Of a stretch of DNA of 64,000 bases, positions 47,249 to 56,115 are shown one piece after another. The DNA lies in assembly GCA_963717935.1 (NCBI GenBank), contig CAVQXP010000002.1:192001-256000 (forward strand). The letters run 5' to 3'. The DNA comes from Candidatus Eiseniibacteriota bacterium (GTDB lineage: Bacteria > Eisenbacteria > RBG-16-71-46). Under the pieces are notes generated by a model. The model was given only the letters and a program-made list of their open reading frames with translations. It had not been told where the DNA came from and did not search any database. How positions within the stretch are numbered: the stretch's first letter is position 1; each line of letters begins with the position of its first letter. Both the position numbers and the translations under genes were made by a program.

Positions 47249-49432
47249 ATGAGACGTCACCCTCTTCTGCTGGTCATCGCCGTCGTGATCCTGGCGCTGG
47301 GCGCCACTCCCGCGCTGGCCGCTCTCGCTCCGCTCGGCGGACCGCTGGCCAGCCACAGCTGGAGCCAGCGCTTCGAAGAATCGGGCGTCGGCGACTACGA
47401 CCACGTCCAGCTCCACATGATCTCGGGGCCGTCATTCGCCCTGCCCACGGCCCAGAGCGGCTTCAGCGTGAGTGGCTGGGCTCAGGGCTCCGACGACGGC
47501 AGCAACACCACCGCCGACGGTCCGGCCACGGCCTTGATGCAGTGGGACGTCACGTTCTCGGGGACGCAGGCCACGCCCTTCAGCTTCCTGTTCCAGGCCT
47601 GGGACGGAGCGGTGCTCAAGGAGAGCATCATCGCCACCTGGAACGGCTCGGCCTGGAGCTTCGCGGCCGCGCCGTCGGGCGCCTGGCCGGGCGGCGACTT
47701 GCCCTTCTTCGGCGCCGACGAGGTCGTGTCCGTCACGGGCGGGCTGTGCCTGTCGAGCGTGCACACCTGCGTGACGGTGCCGATGATGTTCAACCGCGTG
47801 GACGCGACTCCCGCGCGCGGCATCAGCGTGACCTTCCAGCTGAGCGGCGACCTGGCCCTGTGCGGCGCGGGCATCGTGCAGGGCAGCTGGCTCACAGGCT
47901 ACAGCACCGACTTTCGGGTGGTGGACAACGGGGCCGGCTCCTACACCGTGGACCAGGTCATTCTCGGCCTGCCGTGCGGCGCCATCGCCGGCGGGCAGTT
48001 GTTCACCCTGGACGTCGGCCGGGCGCCACTGGCCGTGGACGGCACCGGGACGATCACGGTGACGGCGGTGGACCTGCGTGACTGCGACAACGCGCCGCTG
48101 CCGGGCGTCGCGGGCGCCCCGGGCCTGATCCCGATCGACTTCACGGCGCCGATCGCCCTGACGGCGCTGGGGGCGTCGCAGGTGAAGACGGGCAACGACA
48201 CCGACGGCACGACCAAGATCACGGTCTCGTGGCCGGCGGTGGAGAGCGGGGCCACGGTGCACGTCTACCGGGCGGGCTTCGGCGGCTATCCCGAGTACGA
48301 CGACGCGGGCGGCGTGGTGCCGTCGTACCCGGGGGTCGGCACCTGGGTGCTGGCCGGGAACGTGACCAGCGGGACCACGCTGGTGGACGAGCCGGCGACG
48401 CGGGACTTCTGGTACTACGTGGCGCTGGTGGAGGACGCCTGCGGGAACGTGGGACCGGTCTCGAACCAGACCGGCGGGACGCTGAACTACCACCTCGGTG
48501 ACGTGGCCGACGGCGTGACGGACTGTGCCGGGAACAACGCGGTGTGGACCGAGGACATCAGCCTCCTGGGTGGCAACTACGGCGTGACGCTGGGGTACCC
48601 GGATGCGCTGGCCTGCCTGGACGTGGGGCCGACGACCAACTACTCGGTGAACGCGCGGCCGTTGACGGACAACAAGGTCAACTTCGAAGACCTGATGATG
48701 TTCGCGATCAACTACAACCTGGTGTCGGGACCGCAGGACGCGCCGCTGCCGGTGGCGGTGGCGACGTCGAACCGGCTGTGGCTGGAGGGCCCGGCGGAGG
48801 TGAGCGCGGGCGCGACGTTCACGGTGCAGGTGCAGGCGGCGTGCGCGGGGGATCTGCAGGGTCTGTCGCTGCAGCTGGCGTGGAACCACGCGGTGGCCGA
48901 GCCGGTTTCGGTGGAGGCCGGCGGGCTGGCGACGCTGCAGAACGGGGTGGTGTTCAGCAGCGGGGCGGGGAACGTGGACGCGGCCCTGCTGGGTGCGAAC
49001 CGCGGGCTGGCGGGCGAAGGGGTGCTGGCGACGGTGACGTTCCGGGCGCTGGCGAGTGGCGCGCCGAACGTGACGCTGGCGAAGGTGGACGCGCGGGACG
49101 CGACGAACCAGCCGGTCGAGCTGGCGGGGGTGAAGCCGGCGGGCCCGGTGACGACGGAGACGGCGCTGATGCCCGCCGCGCCGAATCCGTTCTCGCACAG
49201 CACGACCCTGGGCTTCCGCCTCGCGAAGCCGGGGCCGGTCATGCTGGCGATCTACTCCGTGGACGGGCGGTGCCTGAGGACGCTCGTGGACGAGATGCGC
49301 GCCGCCGGTCCCTGCCGCGTCGCCTGGGACGGGACGGACGAACACGGGAACCCGCTGCGACCCGGGATGTTCTTCGCTCGGCTGGTCACCGGGCAGGAGC
49401 GCCTGAGCCGCACCGTGCTGCTCGTGAGATGA
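47249..49432 (+). CDS. Secreted modular protein: variable N-domain / cohesin-like / FN3-like / dockerin-like / cohesin-like / FlgD-Ig
   Basis: AAGGAG RBS, signal peptide, GDVADG..GNNAVWTEDISLL and DNKVNFEDLMMFA (dockerin-like Ca loops), APNPF...IYSVDGR...WDGTD. Confidence 0.8.
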   Translation: MRRHPLLLVIAVVILALGATPALAALAPLGGPLASHSWSQRFEESGVGDYDHVQLHMISGPSFALPTAQSGFSVSGWAQGSDDGSNTTADGPATALMQWDVTFSGTQATPFSFLFQAWDGAVLKESIIATWNGSAWSFAAAPSGAWPGGDLPFFGADEVVSVTGGLCLSSVHTCVTVPMMFNRVDATPARGISVTFQLSGDLALCGAGIVQGSWLTGYSTDFRVVDNGAGSYTVDQVILGLPCGAIAGGQLFTLDVGRAPLAVDGTGTITVTAVDLRDCDNAPLPGVAGAPGLIPIDFTAPIALTALGASQVKTGNDTDGTTKITVSWPAVESGATVHVYRAGFGGYPEYDDAGGVVPSYPGVGTWVLAGNVTSGTTLVDEPATRDFWYYVALVEDACGNVGPVSNQTGGTLNYHLGDVADGVTDCAGNNAVWTEDISLLGGNYGVTLGYPDALACLDVGPTTNYSVNARPLTDNKVNFEDLMMFAINYNLVSGPQDAPLPVAVATSNRLWLEGPAEVSAGATFTVQVQAACAGDLQGLSLQLAWNHAVAEPVSVEAGGLATLQNGVVFSSGAGNVDAALLGANRGLAGEGVLATVTFRALASGAPNVTLAKVDARDATNQPVELAGVKPAGPVTTETALMPAAPNPFSHSTTLGFRLAKPGPVMLAIYSVDGRCLRTLVDEMRAAGPCRVAWDGTDEHGNPLRPGMFFARLVTGQERLSRTVLLVR
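48164..49155 (+). repeat. ~990-bp near-identical module, copy 1 (copy 2 at 54618-55609)
   Basis: Same sequence at constant offset 6454 from GCGCTGGGGGCGTCGCAGG to GGGCCCGGTGACGAC. Confidence 0.95.
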
Positions 49433-49532
49433 GATTGGAGATCGTGGCCGGGGGGCCCGCAACGGCGGGTCCCCGGCCGAGGGAAGCGACAGGCTTCGGA
49501 GTCCGTTCCAGACCGCAACCGGAGGTTGGCCC

Positions 49533-51779
49533 ATGAAAACCCCTTGGCATGGCATGAAGAACCGCTGGAGCCGCGGGCTCCCGGCGTCCGTCGTGATCCT
49601 CGGCGTGGCGGCCCTCGTGATCCTGGGCGCGGGCAGTGCGCTCGCGTCCATCCAGCCGGTCGGGGATCCGTACGTCTCGGAGAGCTGGACACAGCGCTTC
49701 CAGGAGGACGGTGTCGGCCCGTTCGATCACGTCCAGATCCTGATGGCGACCGGTGGCCCGTTCGAGCAGCCTGCGACGCAGAGCGGCTTCAACGTGGCTG
49801 GCTGGGCGCAGGGCTGCACGAACACGATCGAGAGCAGCGCCGCGGGCCCCGCGACGAGCCTGATGCAGTGGGACATCAGCTTCCAGGGCACGTCGGGGAC
49901 GCCGCTGAACTTCTTCTTCCAGTGCTTCAACGGTGCCACGCTGCTGCAGACCGCGTACGCGCATTGGAGCGGCAGCGGCTGGCTGATCGACAACTTCGTG
50001 CCGGGCACGGCCTCGTGGCCGGGCGGGGAGGTCTGCGGCTTCGTCAACTCCGTCTCGGCGCTCGATCCGCAGACCTGCCTGACCTCGCCCACGCAGTGCC
50101 TGACCGTCCCGGTGGTCGTCATCCGCAACGACGCCACCGCGATCCGGGGCTACAGCGTGACCTTCACGCTCTCGCCCGAGCTGGCGCTGTGCGGTCTCCC
50201 GGGGCTCGCCATCACCCGGGGCGCCTACCTCAGCTCGTACTCGGAGACGGACTACCGCGTGGTCTCCAACCCGGACGGCTCGTACACCGCGGACTGCGTG
50301 ATCCTCGGCGATCCCTGCGGCCAGACGGCTCCGGCCGGGAACCTCTTCAACGTCATCGTGAAGGGCGCCCTCGAGGGCATCGGCAAGCTCACGGTCACCA
50401 ACGTGCTCCTGCGTGACTGCATGAACGAGCCGATCGCTTGCACCTGGGGGCCGCCGATCCCGATCACCGTGGACTTCACCGCCCCGGGCGCCATCGGCGA
50501 CCTGGCGGCGGCGCGTCTGCTGGCGACGGGCCAGGGGACCGGATCGACGCACCGGATCCGCCTCACCTGGAGCGGCGCCGCGGGCACGGTGAGCCTCTAC
50601 CGCGCGCCCTTCGGCAACTACCCCGAATACGACGACGACACGCCCGGCATGCTGCCGCCCGACGCGTCGCTCGCGCCCGGGAGCCCCTGGCAACTGGTGG
50701 CCGGCAACGTCACCTCGCCGTACGACGACCTGCCGCCGGCGCGGGACTACTGGTACTACGTCGCCTTCGTGACCGACGCCTGCGGGAACCGCTCGGCGAT
50801 GTCGAACCGCACCGGCGGCACGCTGGACTACCTGCTGGGCGACGTCAGCGACGGCGTCACGCCCGGGCTGGGCAACAACCGGGTGTTCACCGAGGACATC
50901 TCGCTGCTCGGCACCTACTACGGGCTGCTCGGCGATCCGCAGGTGGACGCGGTCGCGTACCTCGACGTCGGCCCGACCACGAACCACTACATCGACGGCC
51001 GGCCGAAGCCCGACGACATCATCGGCTTCGAGGACCTGATCATCTTTGCCATCAATTACGGCTCCACCCTGCAGGTGCCCATGATGGCCGCCACGCCCGT
51101 CCCGGCCGACCGCGACGAGTTGACGCTCGACGCGCCAGGCGCGGTGCACGCGGGCGAGGTGTTCACGGTACGGCTGCTGATGAAGGGCGCCGGCGACATC
51201 CAGGCGCTCTCGGCGCAGTTGGGCTGGGATGGGGCGATCGCCGAGCCGCTGGGCGTCGAGGCCGGGGACTGGCTCGCGGGCCAGAACGGCGTGGCGCTCT
51301 CCAGCGGTCCGGGCAACGTGGACGCGGCGCTGCTCGGCCTGCGCGGCCTGGCGCTGAGCGGTCAGGGCACGCTCGCGGTCGTGACGTTCCGCGCGCGCAC
51401 CGACGGGGACCCGAAGATCGGGCTCGCGCGGCTCGTGGCGCGTGACGCGCAGAACCAACTGCTGGCGCTGGCCGCGCCGGTGGCGAACGCCGGGGCGGGC
51501 TTCACGACCGGGCTGATGCCGGCCGCGCCCAATCCGTTCCAGAACACCACGGCACTGGGCATCAGCCTGGCCAGGGCCGGACCGGTCGAGGTGTCCATCT
51601 ACTCGGTGGACGGCCGCCGGGTGAAGACGCTGTTCAAGGGGACGCGAGAAGCCGGCTCGTTCCGCATCGCGTGGGACGGTACCGACGAGAGTGGGAACCG
51701 GATGCAACCAGGCGTGTTCTTCGCGCGCCTGGTGACCGCGTCCGGCCAGTTCAAGCGGACGGTGTCCTACCTGCGGTAG
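49533..51779 (+). CDS. Paralogue of the preceding protein with the same domain order
   Basis: Shared N-domain (SWTQRFQEDGVG), GDVSDG..GNNRVFTEDISLL, DDIIGFEDLIIFAINY, APNPF C-terminal domain. Confidence 0.8.
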   Translation: MKTPWHGMKNRWSRGLPASVVILGVAALVILGAGSALASIQPVGDPYVSESWTQRFQEDGVGPFDHVQILMATGGPFEQPATQSGFNVAGWAQGCTNTIESSAAGPATSLMQWDISFQGTSGTPLNFFFQCFNGATLLQTAYAHWSGSGWLIDNFVPGTASWPGGEVCGFVNSVSALDPQTCLTSPTQCLTVPVVVIRNDATAIRGYSVTFTLSPELALCGLPGLAITRGAYLSSYSETDYRVVSNPDGSYTADCVILGDPCGQTAPAGNLFNVIVKGALEGIGKLTVTNVLLRDCMNEPIACTWGPPIPITVDFTAPGAIGDLAAARLLATGQGTGSTHRIRLTWSGAAGTVSLYRAPFGNYPEYDDDTPGMLPPDASLAPGSPWQLVAGNVTSPYDDLPPARDYWYYVAFVTDACGNRSAMSNRTGGTLDYLLGDVSDGVTPGLGNNRVFTEDISLLGTYYGLLGDPQVDAVAYLDVGPTTNHYIDGRPKPDDIIGFEDLIIFAINYGSTLQVPMMAATPVPADRDELTLDAPGAVHAGEVFTVRLLMKGAGDIQALSAQLGWDGAIAEPLGVEAGDWLAGQNGVALSSGPGNVDAALLGLRGLALSGQGTLAVVTFRARTDGDPKIGLARLVARDAQNQLLALAAPVANAGAGFTTGLMPAAPNPFQNTTALGISLARAGPVEVSIYSVDGRRVKTLFKGTREAGSFRIAWDGTDESGNRMQPGVFFARLVTASGQFKRTVSYLR

Positions 51780-51858
51780 GCGGCCGCGGTCGGCGGGGCC
51801 CGGAGCGCTCCGGGCCCCGCGCAGACCCCTGCAGCCGCTCCGACGAGAGGAGGCACAC

Positions 51859-52407
51859 ATGACGCGCTTGCCACGACCCGCTGTCCTTGCTGCCGTGTTC
51901 GCCCTGGCCGTCCTGGCAGCGACGGGGGGGGCCGCGGCCGGGGTCACCGTCTCCGTCGCTCCGCCGGAGACGACCGTCACGGTCGGCACCGATTTCGTGC
52001 TGCGCGTCGTGACGGCCGCCTTCCCGGACCTGAAGGCCTATCACCTCGTCCACTCGTTCGGCAGCGCGATCACCGCCAGCCTGGGCGTGGACCCCGGGGA
52101 CGTGCTCACGTCCACCGGACTCCCGTTCACGTCCTACGCGGTCGCGGACAACTCGCTGCCCACGGGGACCATCACTTACGACGCGGCCATGCTGACCGGC
52201 AGCACGCAGGGGCCCGGCATCCTGGGTTTCTACCGCTTCCACGCCGTCGCGGAGGGCGACACCCCCGTGCAGTGCGAGGCCGTGGACTTCCGCGATTCGC
52301 TCAACACCCAGACGCTGCCGACCTGTGTGAGCGGCCTGGTGCACGTCCTGGGCCCGGTCCCGGCGGGCCCATCGACGTGGGGGAGGATCAAGACGCTCTA
52401 CCGCTGA
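51859..52407 (+). CDS. Small secreted cohesin-like protein with a C-terminal STWGRIKTLYR tail
   Basis: GGAGG RBS, signal peptide, VTVGTDFVLRV...PGDVL...TYDAAML...GILGFYRFHA. Confidence 0.75.
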   Translation: MTRLPRPAVLAAVFALAVLAATGGAAAGVTVSVAPPETTVTVGTDFVLRVVTAAFPDLKAYHLVHSFGSAITASLGVDPGDVLTSTGLPFTSYAVADNSLPTGTITYDAAMLTGSTQGPGILGFYRFHAVAEGDTPVQCEAVDFRDSLNTQTLPTCVSGLVHVLGPVPAGPSTWGRIKTLYR

Positions 52408-52562
52408 CGCCGAAGCACCAGTCGTTCCGAGTCGTCGTCCGTTTCGTCGCAGGGAGGAGGGCACCATCGCCCCATGAGATCGAGTGATTCCATCCAGACC
52501 ACGCCGAGGTCACCGCCCCGGCGGAAGTGATCGAGGTTTCAGAAGCAGCACTCCGCGATCGT

Positions 52563-52648
52563 CCGCAGCCTGGTGCAGACGAAGTAGCAGGTCGGTTTTG
52601 AACGAGAGACGCGCGGAAGGCGGGCCGCGGGGATCCCGGGGTCCGCCG
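52563..52648 (+). repeat. ~85-bp direct repeat of the 3' end and downstream hairpin of gene 52968-55865 (second copy 55841-55926)
   Basis: CCGCAGCCTGGTGC(A/T)GACGAAGTAGCAGGTCGGTTT(T/C)GAACGAGAGACGCGCGG... in both places, offset 3278. Confidence 0.9.
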
Positions 52649-52967
52649 GAGAAGGAACCCGGTCCGGCTCTGCATGCGCAGCAGGCAGAGCCGCGACCCG
52701 CACGACCACGGCCGTCTGAGGAGGGCTTGCCCATCGAAAACGCCAGCCATGCTGATGCAGGACCGAGGTCACCGCTGAAGGAGTGCGGATCCTGCGGTCC
52801 CTGTCGCTCCGCGATCGTCCCGCAGGTCCGGCCCTGCCTGTCGACCCCCGATCGCAGATGTACCGGCAACTCCCGATGCCGCGGAGCGTCGTTCCACCCC
52901 TCCAACGCGAGGCCGCCCGCCCAGGGCCGCATGCCCTGCGGCACGACCGCGTGAAAGGACACGTTCC

Positions 52968-55865
52968 ATGTCTCGTATCGGTGTGTTCCTGATCCTCTGC
53001 GTATTCCTCACCTGCGCGTTCGGCGTGGTCGCCCAGGCCGCCGCCCCGCGCGCCGTGCCCTACCCGGGCATCCCGGTTGCCCCAAGCGTCACCGCGAATG
53101 CGCTGCTGAAGATGGCGCCGCAGGATGTGGTGAGCACGACCGGTGTCTTCATCGACCCGGTCGCGGCAGCACTGGCGATCGGCAATCGTCTGGTGGATCT
53201 GCAGTCCGACGTGACCGAGGACAACGCCGGCAATGGCGATCCCGACGTCCCGCTCGACGGGAACGACGGCGGCTGGGGCTGGAACGTCACCGGCCTGGCC
53301 CACCACAGCAGCATTGCCTCCTCCAAGAACCTCTACGGTCCCATCACCCGCGGTCTGGCCGAGGCGGCCATCTTCACGGGCGCCGCGCGGCTCGGCGTCG
53401 GGGTCGGGGATGTCTTCCCCGGGATCTCCCAGCTGGGGTACACGGGGATCTACGACGCCGACATCGTGTTCGGCCTCCTCCGCTGGGGCGCGTACACGGG
53501 GAATGCGGCGCTGCGGGACTCCGTGAAGAACCGGCACGACGTCACCATGGCGGACTTCGTCACGGCGAACCCGGGCATGAACGGCGCGGCGGTGCGGGCC
53601 CGCATCGTTCGCAACGGCCGCGCCAGTCAGGGGCTGGTGGGGATGTGGCCGTGGGACATCCACTTGCTCGCCAACGACTGTGACGCTCTGGCGGCGGGGT
53701 ATCCCGGCAGCGCGGCGGTCTACGGGACGGAGATGGACTCCATCTCCCAGGTCATCATGGACGACATGGGCGGGCTGCTCGGCACGCCGTACTTCGATCC
53801 CACGGACTTCGGCCAGCGCTACCACCAACTCGGCATCGCCGGAGCGCTGCGGGTCTTCGATGCCTCGCAGCGCACGGACGACAACACGCTGGCCGTGGCG
53901 ATGAAGGACTCGTTGCTGGGCGGCCAGCAGCCGGACGGCTCGTGGGGCGTCTCCTACGACGGCGTCTTCTACCCGCAGGACTACCAGTCCACGGCCTACG
54001 CCGTGCTCGCGCTCAACGAGTATGCGGAGCGGCACGGTGACGCGACCGCGCAGCTGGCGGCGTGGAAGGGGCAGCAGTACCTGCTCGCACTCGTCCCCAC
54101 GACGGGCGTGCTGGACGACGGCTACGGTGAGTACGCCGAGCTCGACGCGGAGATCCTGCAGGCCCTGCTGACCGGCGACGACGTCACGCCCGTGGCGCCC
54201 GCGACCTGCATCACGCCGACGTACGCCTGCGTGCAGGTTCCGGTGAACTTCAACCGCACCGACGCCACTCCGGTGCGCGGCTACAGCGTGACCCTGACGC
54301 TGTCGGCGAACCTGGCACTGTGCGGCGCTGGCATCGTGGAGGGCGGCTACCTGAGCAGCGTCGGCGGGACCACCTATCAGGTGCTCAACCCGAGTCCCGG
54401 GGTCTACACGGTGGACTGCGCCATTCTGGGCGTGAGCACCGGGGCGACCGGTTCGGGGACGCTGTTCACGCTCAACCTCGCCGGCGCAGTGACCGGCACG
54501 GGCACGGTGACCGTGAACTCGGTGATCGTGCGCGACCTGCTCAACGCGCCGGTTTCGGCCATCCCCGGTCCGCCGGCGTCGATCACCATCGACAACACGG
54601 CGCCGGTGGCGATTGCCGCGCTGGGGGCGTCGCAGGTGAGGACGGGCAACGACACCGACGGCACGACCAAGGTCACGGTGTCGTGGCCGGCGGTGGAGAG
54701 CGGGGCCACGGTGCACGTCTACCGGGCGGGCTTCGGCAGCTATCCCGAGTACGACGACGCGGGCGGTGCCGTGCCATCGTACCCGGCGGTCGGCAGCTGG
54801 GTGCTGGCCGGGAACGTGACCAGCGGGACCACGCTGGTGGACGAGCCAGCGGCGCGGGACTTCTGGTACTACGTGGCGCTGGTGGAAGACGCCTGCGGGA
54901 ACGTGGGACCGGTTTCGAACCAGACCGGCGGGACGCTGAACTACCACCTCGGTGACGTGGCCGACGGCGTGACGGACTGTGCCGGGAACAACGCGGTGTG
55001 GACCGAGGACATCAGCCTCCTGGGTGGCAACTACGGCGTGACGCTGGGGTACCCGGATGCGCTGGCCTGCCTGGACGTGGGGCCGACGACCAACTACTCG
55101 GTGAACGCGCGGCCGTTGACGGACAACAAGGTCAACTTCGAAGACCTGATGATGTTCGCGATCAACTACAACCTGGTGTCGGGACCGCAGGACGCGCCGC
55201 TGCCGGTGGCGGTGGCGACGTCGAACCGGCTGTGGCTGGAGGGCCCGGCGGAGGTGAGCGCGGGCGCGACGTTCACGGTGCAGGTGCAGGCGGCGTGCGC
55301 GGGGGATCTGCAGGGTCTGTCGCTGCAGCTGGCGTGGAACCACGCGGTGGCCGAGCCGGTTTCGGTGGAGGCCGGCGGGCTGGCGACGCTGCAGAACGGG
55401 GTGGTGTTCAGCAGCGGTGCGGGGAACGTGGACGCGGCCCTGCTGGGCGCGAACCGCGGGCTGGCGGGCGAAGGGGTGCTGGCGACGGTGACGTTCCGGG
55501 CGCTGGCGAGTGGCGCGCCGAACGTGACGCTGGCGAAGGTGGACGCGCGGGACGCGACGAACCAGCCGGTCGAACTGGCGGGGGTGAAGCCGGCGGGCCC
55601 GGTGACGACCTCGTTCGCGCGGCCGATGCCGAACCCGTTCCATGGGACGACGGTGCTGAGCTATGCGCTGGCGAAGGGCGGGGCGGTGGAGCTGGCGGTG
55701 TACGGGGTGGACGGGCGGAAGGTGGCGGTGCTGGCGAGCGGGGTGCAGGAGGCCGGGAGCTACCGGCTGACCTGGGACGGCGCGGGAGCGCGGCCCGGGC
55801 TGTACTACGCGCGTCTGACCACGCCGGAAGGCAGGTTCACCCGCAGCCTGGTGCTGACGAAGTAG
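52968..55865 (+). CDS. Secreted modular protein: helical (prenyltransferase/squalene-cyclase-repeat-like) N-domain plus cohesin/FN3/dockerin/cohesin/FlgD-Ig modules
   Basis: Signal peptide, DGGWGW and QQPDGSWG..STAYAVLAL repeats; C-terminal half nearly identical to that of 47249-49432; PMPNPF C-terminal domain. Confidence 0.8.
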   Translation: MSRIGVFLILCVFLTCAFGVVAQAAAPRAVPYPGIPVAPSVTANALLKMAPQDVVSTTGVFIDPVAAALAIGNRLVDLQSDVTEDNAGNGDPDVPLDGNDGGWGWNVTGLAHHSSIASSKNLYGPITRGLAEAAIFTGAARLGVGVGDVFPGISQLGYTGIYDADIVFGLLRWGAYTGNAALRDSVKNRHDVTMADFVTANPGMNGAAVRARIVRNGRASQGLVGMWPWDIHLLANDCDALAAGYPGSAAVYGTEMDSISQVIMDDMGGLLGTPYFDPTDFGQRYHQLGIAGALRVFDASQRTDDNTLAVAMKDSLLGGQQPDGSWGVSYDGVFYPQDYQSTAYAVLALNEYAERHGDATAQLAAWKGQQYLLALVPTTGVLDDGYGEYAELDAEILQALLTGDDVTPVAPATCITPTYACVQVPVNFNRTDATPVRGYSVTLTLSANLALCGAGIVEGGYLSSVGGTTYQVLNPSPGVYTVDCAILGVSTGATGSGTLFTLNLAGAVTGTGTVTVNSVIVRDLLNAPVSAIPGPPASITIDNTAPVAIAALGASQVRTGNDTDGTTKVTVSWPAVESGATVHVYRAGFGSYPEYDDAGGAVPSYPAVGSWVLAGNVTSGTTLVDEPAARDFWYYVALVEDACGNVGPVSNQTGGTLNYHLGDVADGVTDCAGNNAVWTEDISLLGGNYGVTLGYPDALACLDVGPTTNYSVNARPLTDNKVNFEDLMMFAINYNLVSGPQDAPLPVAVATSNRLWLEGPAEVSAGATFTVQVQAACAGDLQGLSLQLAWNHAVAEPVSVEAGGLATLQNGVVFSSGAGNVDAALLGANRGLAGEGVLATVTFRALASGAPNVTLAKVDARDATNQPVELAGVKPAGPVTTSFARPMPNPFHGTTVLSYALAKGGAVELAVYGVDGRKVAVLASGVQEAGSYRLTWDGAGARPGLYYARLTTPEGRFTRSLVLTK
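54618..55609 (+). repeat. ~990-bp near-identical module, copy 2
   Basis: Matches 48164-49155. Confidence 0.95.
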
Positions 55866-56039
55866 CAGGTCGGTTTCGAACGAGAGACGCGCGGCGGGCG
55901 GGCCCCGGGAATCCCGGGGCCCGCCGCCGCTGACGTCTCCGCCGCCGGCAACGCGGGGCGGCCCCGCAGGCGCATCAGCCCCGCGCCGGCGTGCAGCATC
56001 CGCACTTCCTGCCCGGGAATCGGGGTCCGCCCCGTGGAC

Positions 56040-56068
56040 TTGTCATCCCCCGTCGTACTCAGTAAATT
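56040..56068 (+). promoter_or_regulatory. Putative sigma70 promoter for serA-serC
   Basis: TTGTCA-N17-TAAATT, followed by a GGAGGAG RBS. Confidence 0.6.
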
Positions 56069-56115
56069 GAGCCCGGTCAAACGTGGGGAAGATGCCGCCC
56101 AGGGAGGAGAGAACC

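Noticed and set aside
48164..55609. Diversity-generating retroelement (TR/VR pair)
   Set aside because: No reverse transcriptase in the window, the repeat is ~1 kb and coding in both copies, and the differences are not visibly adenine-specific
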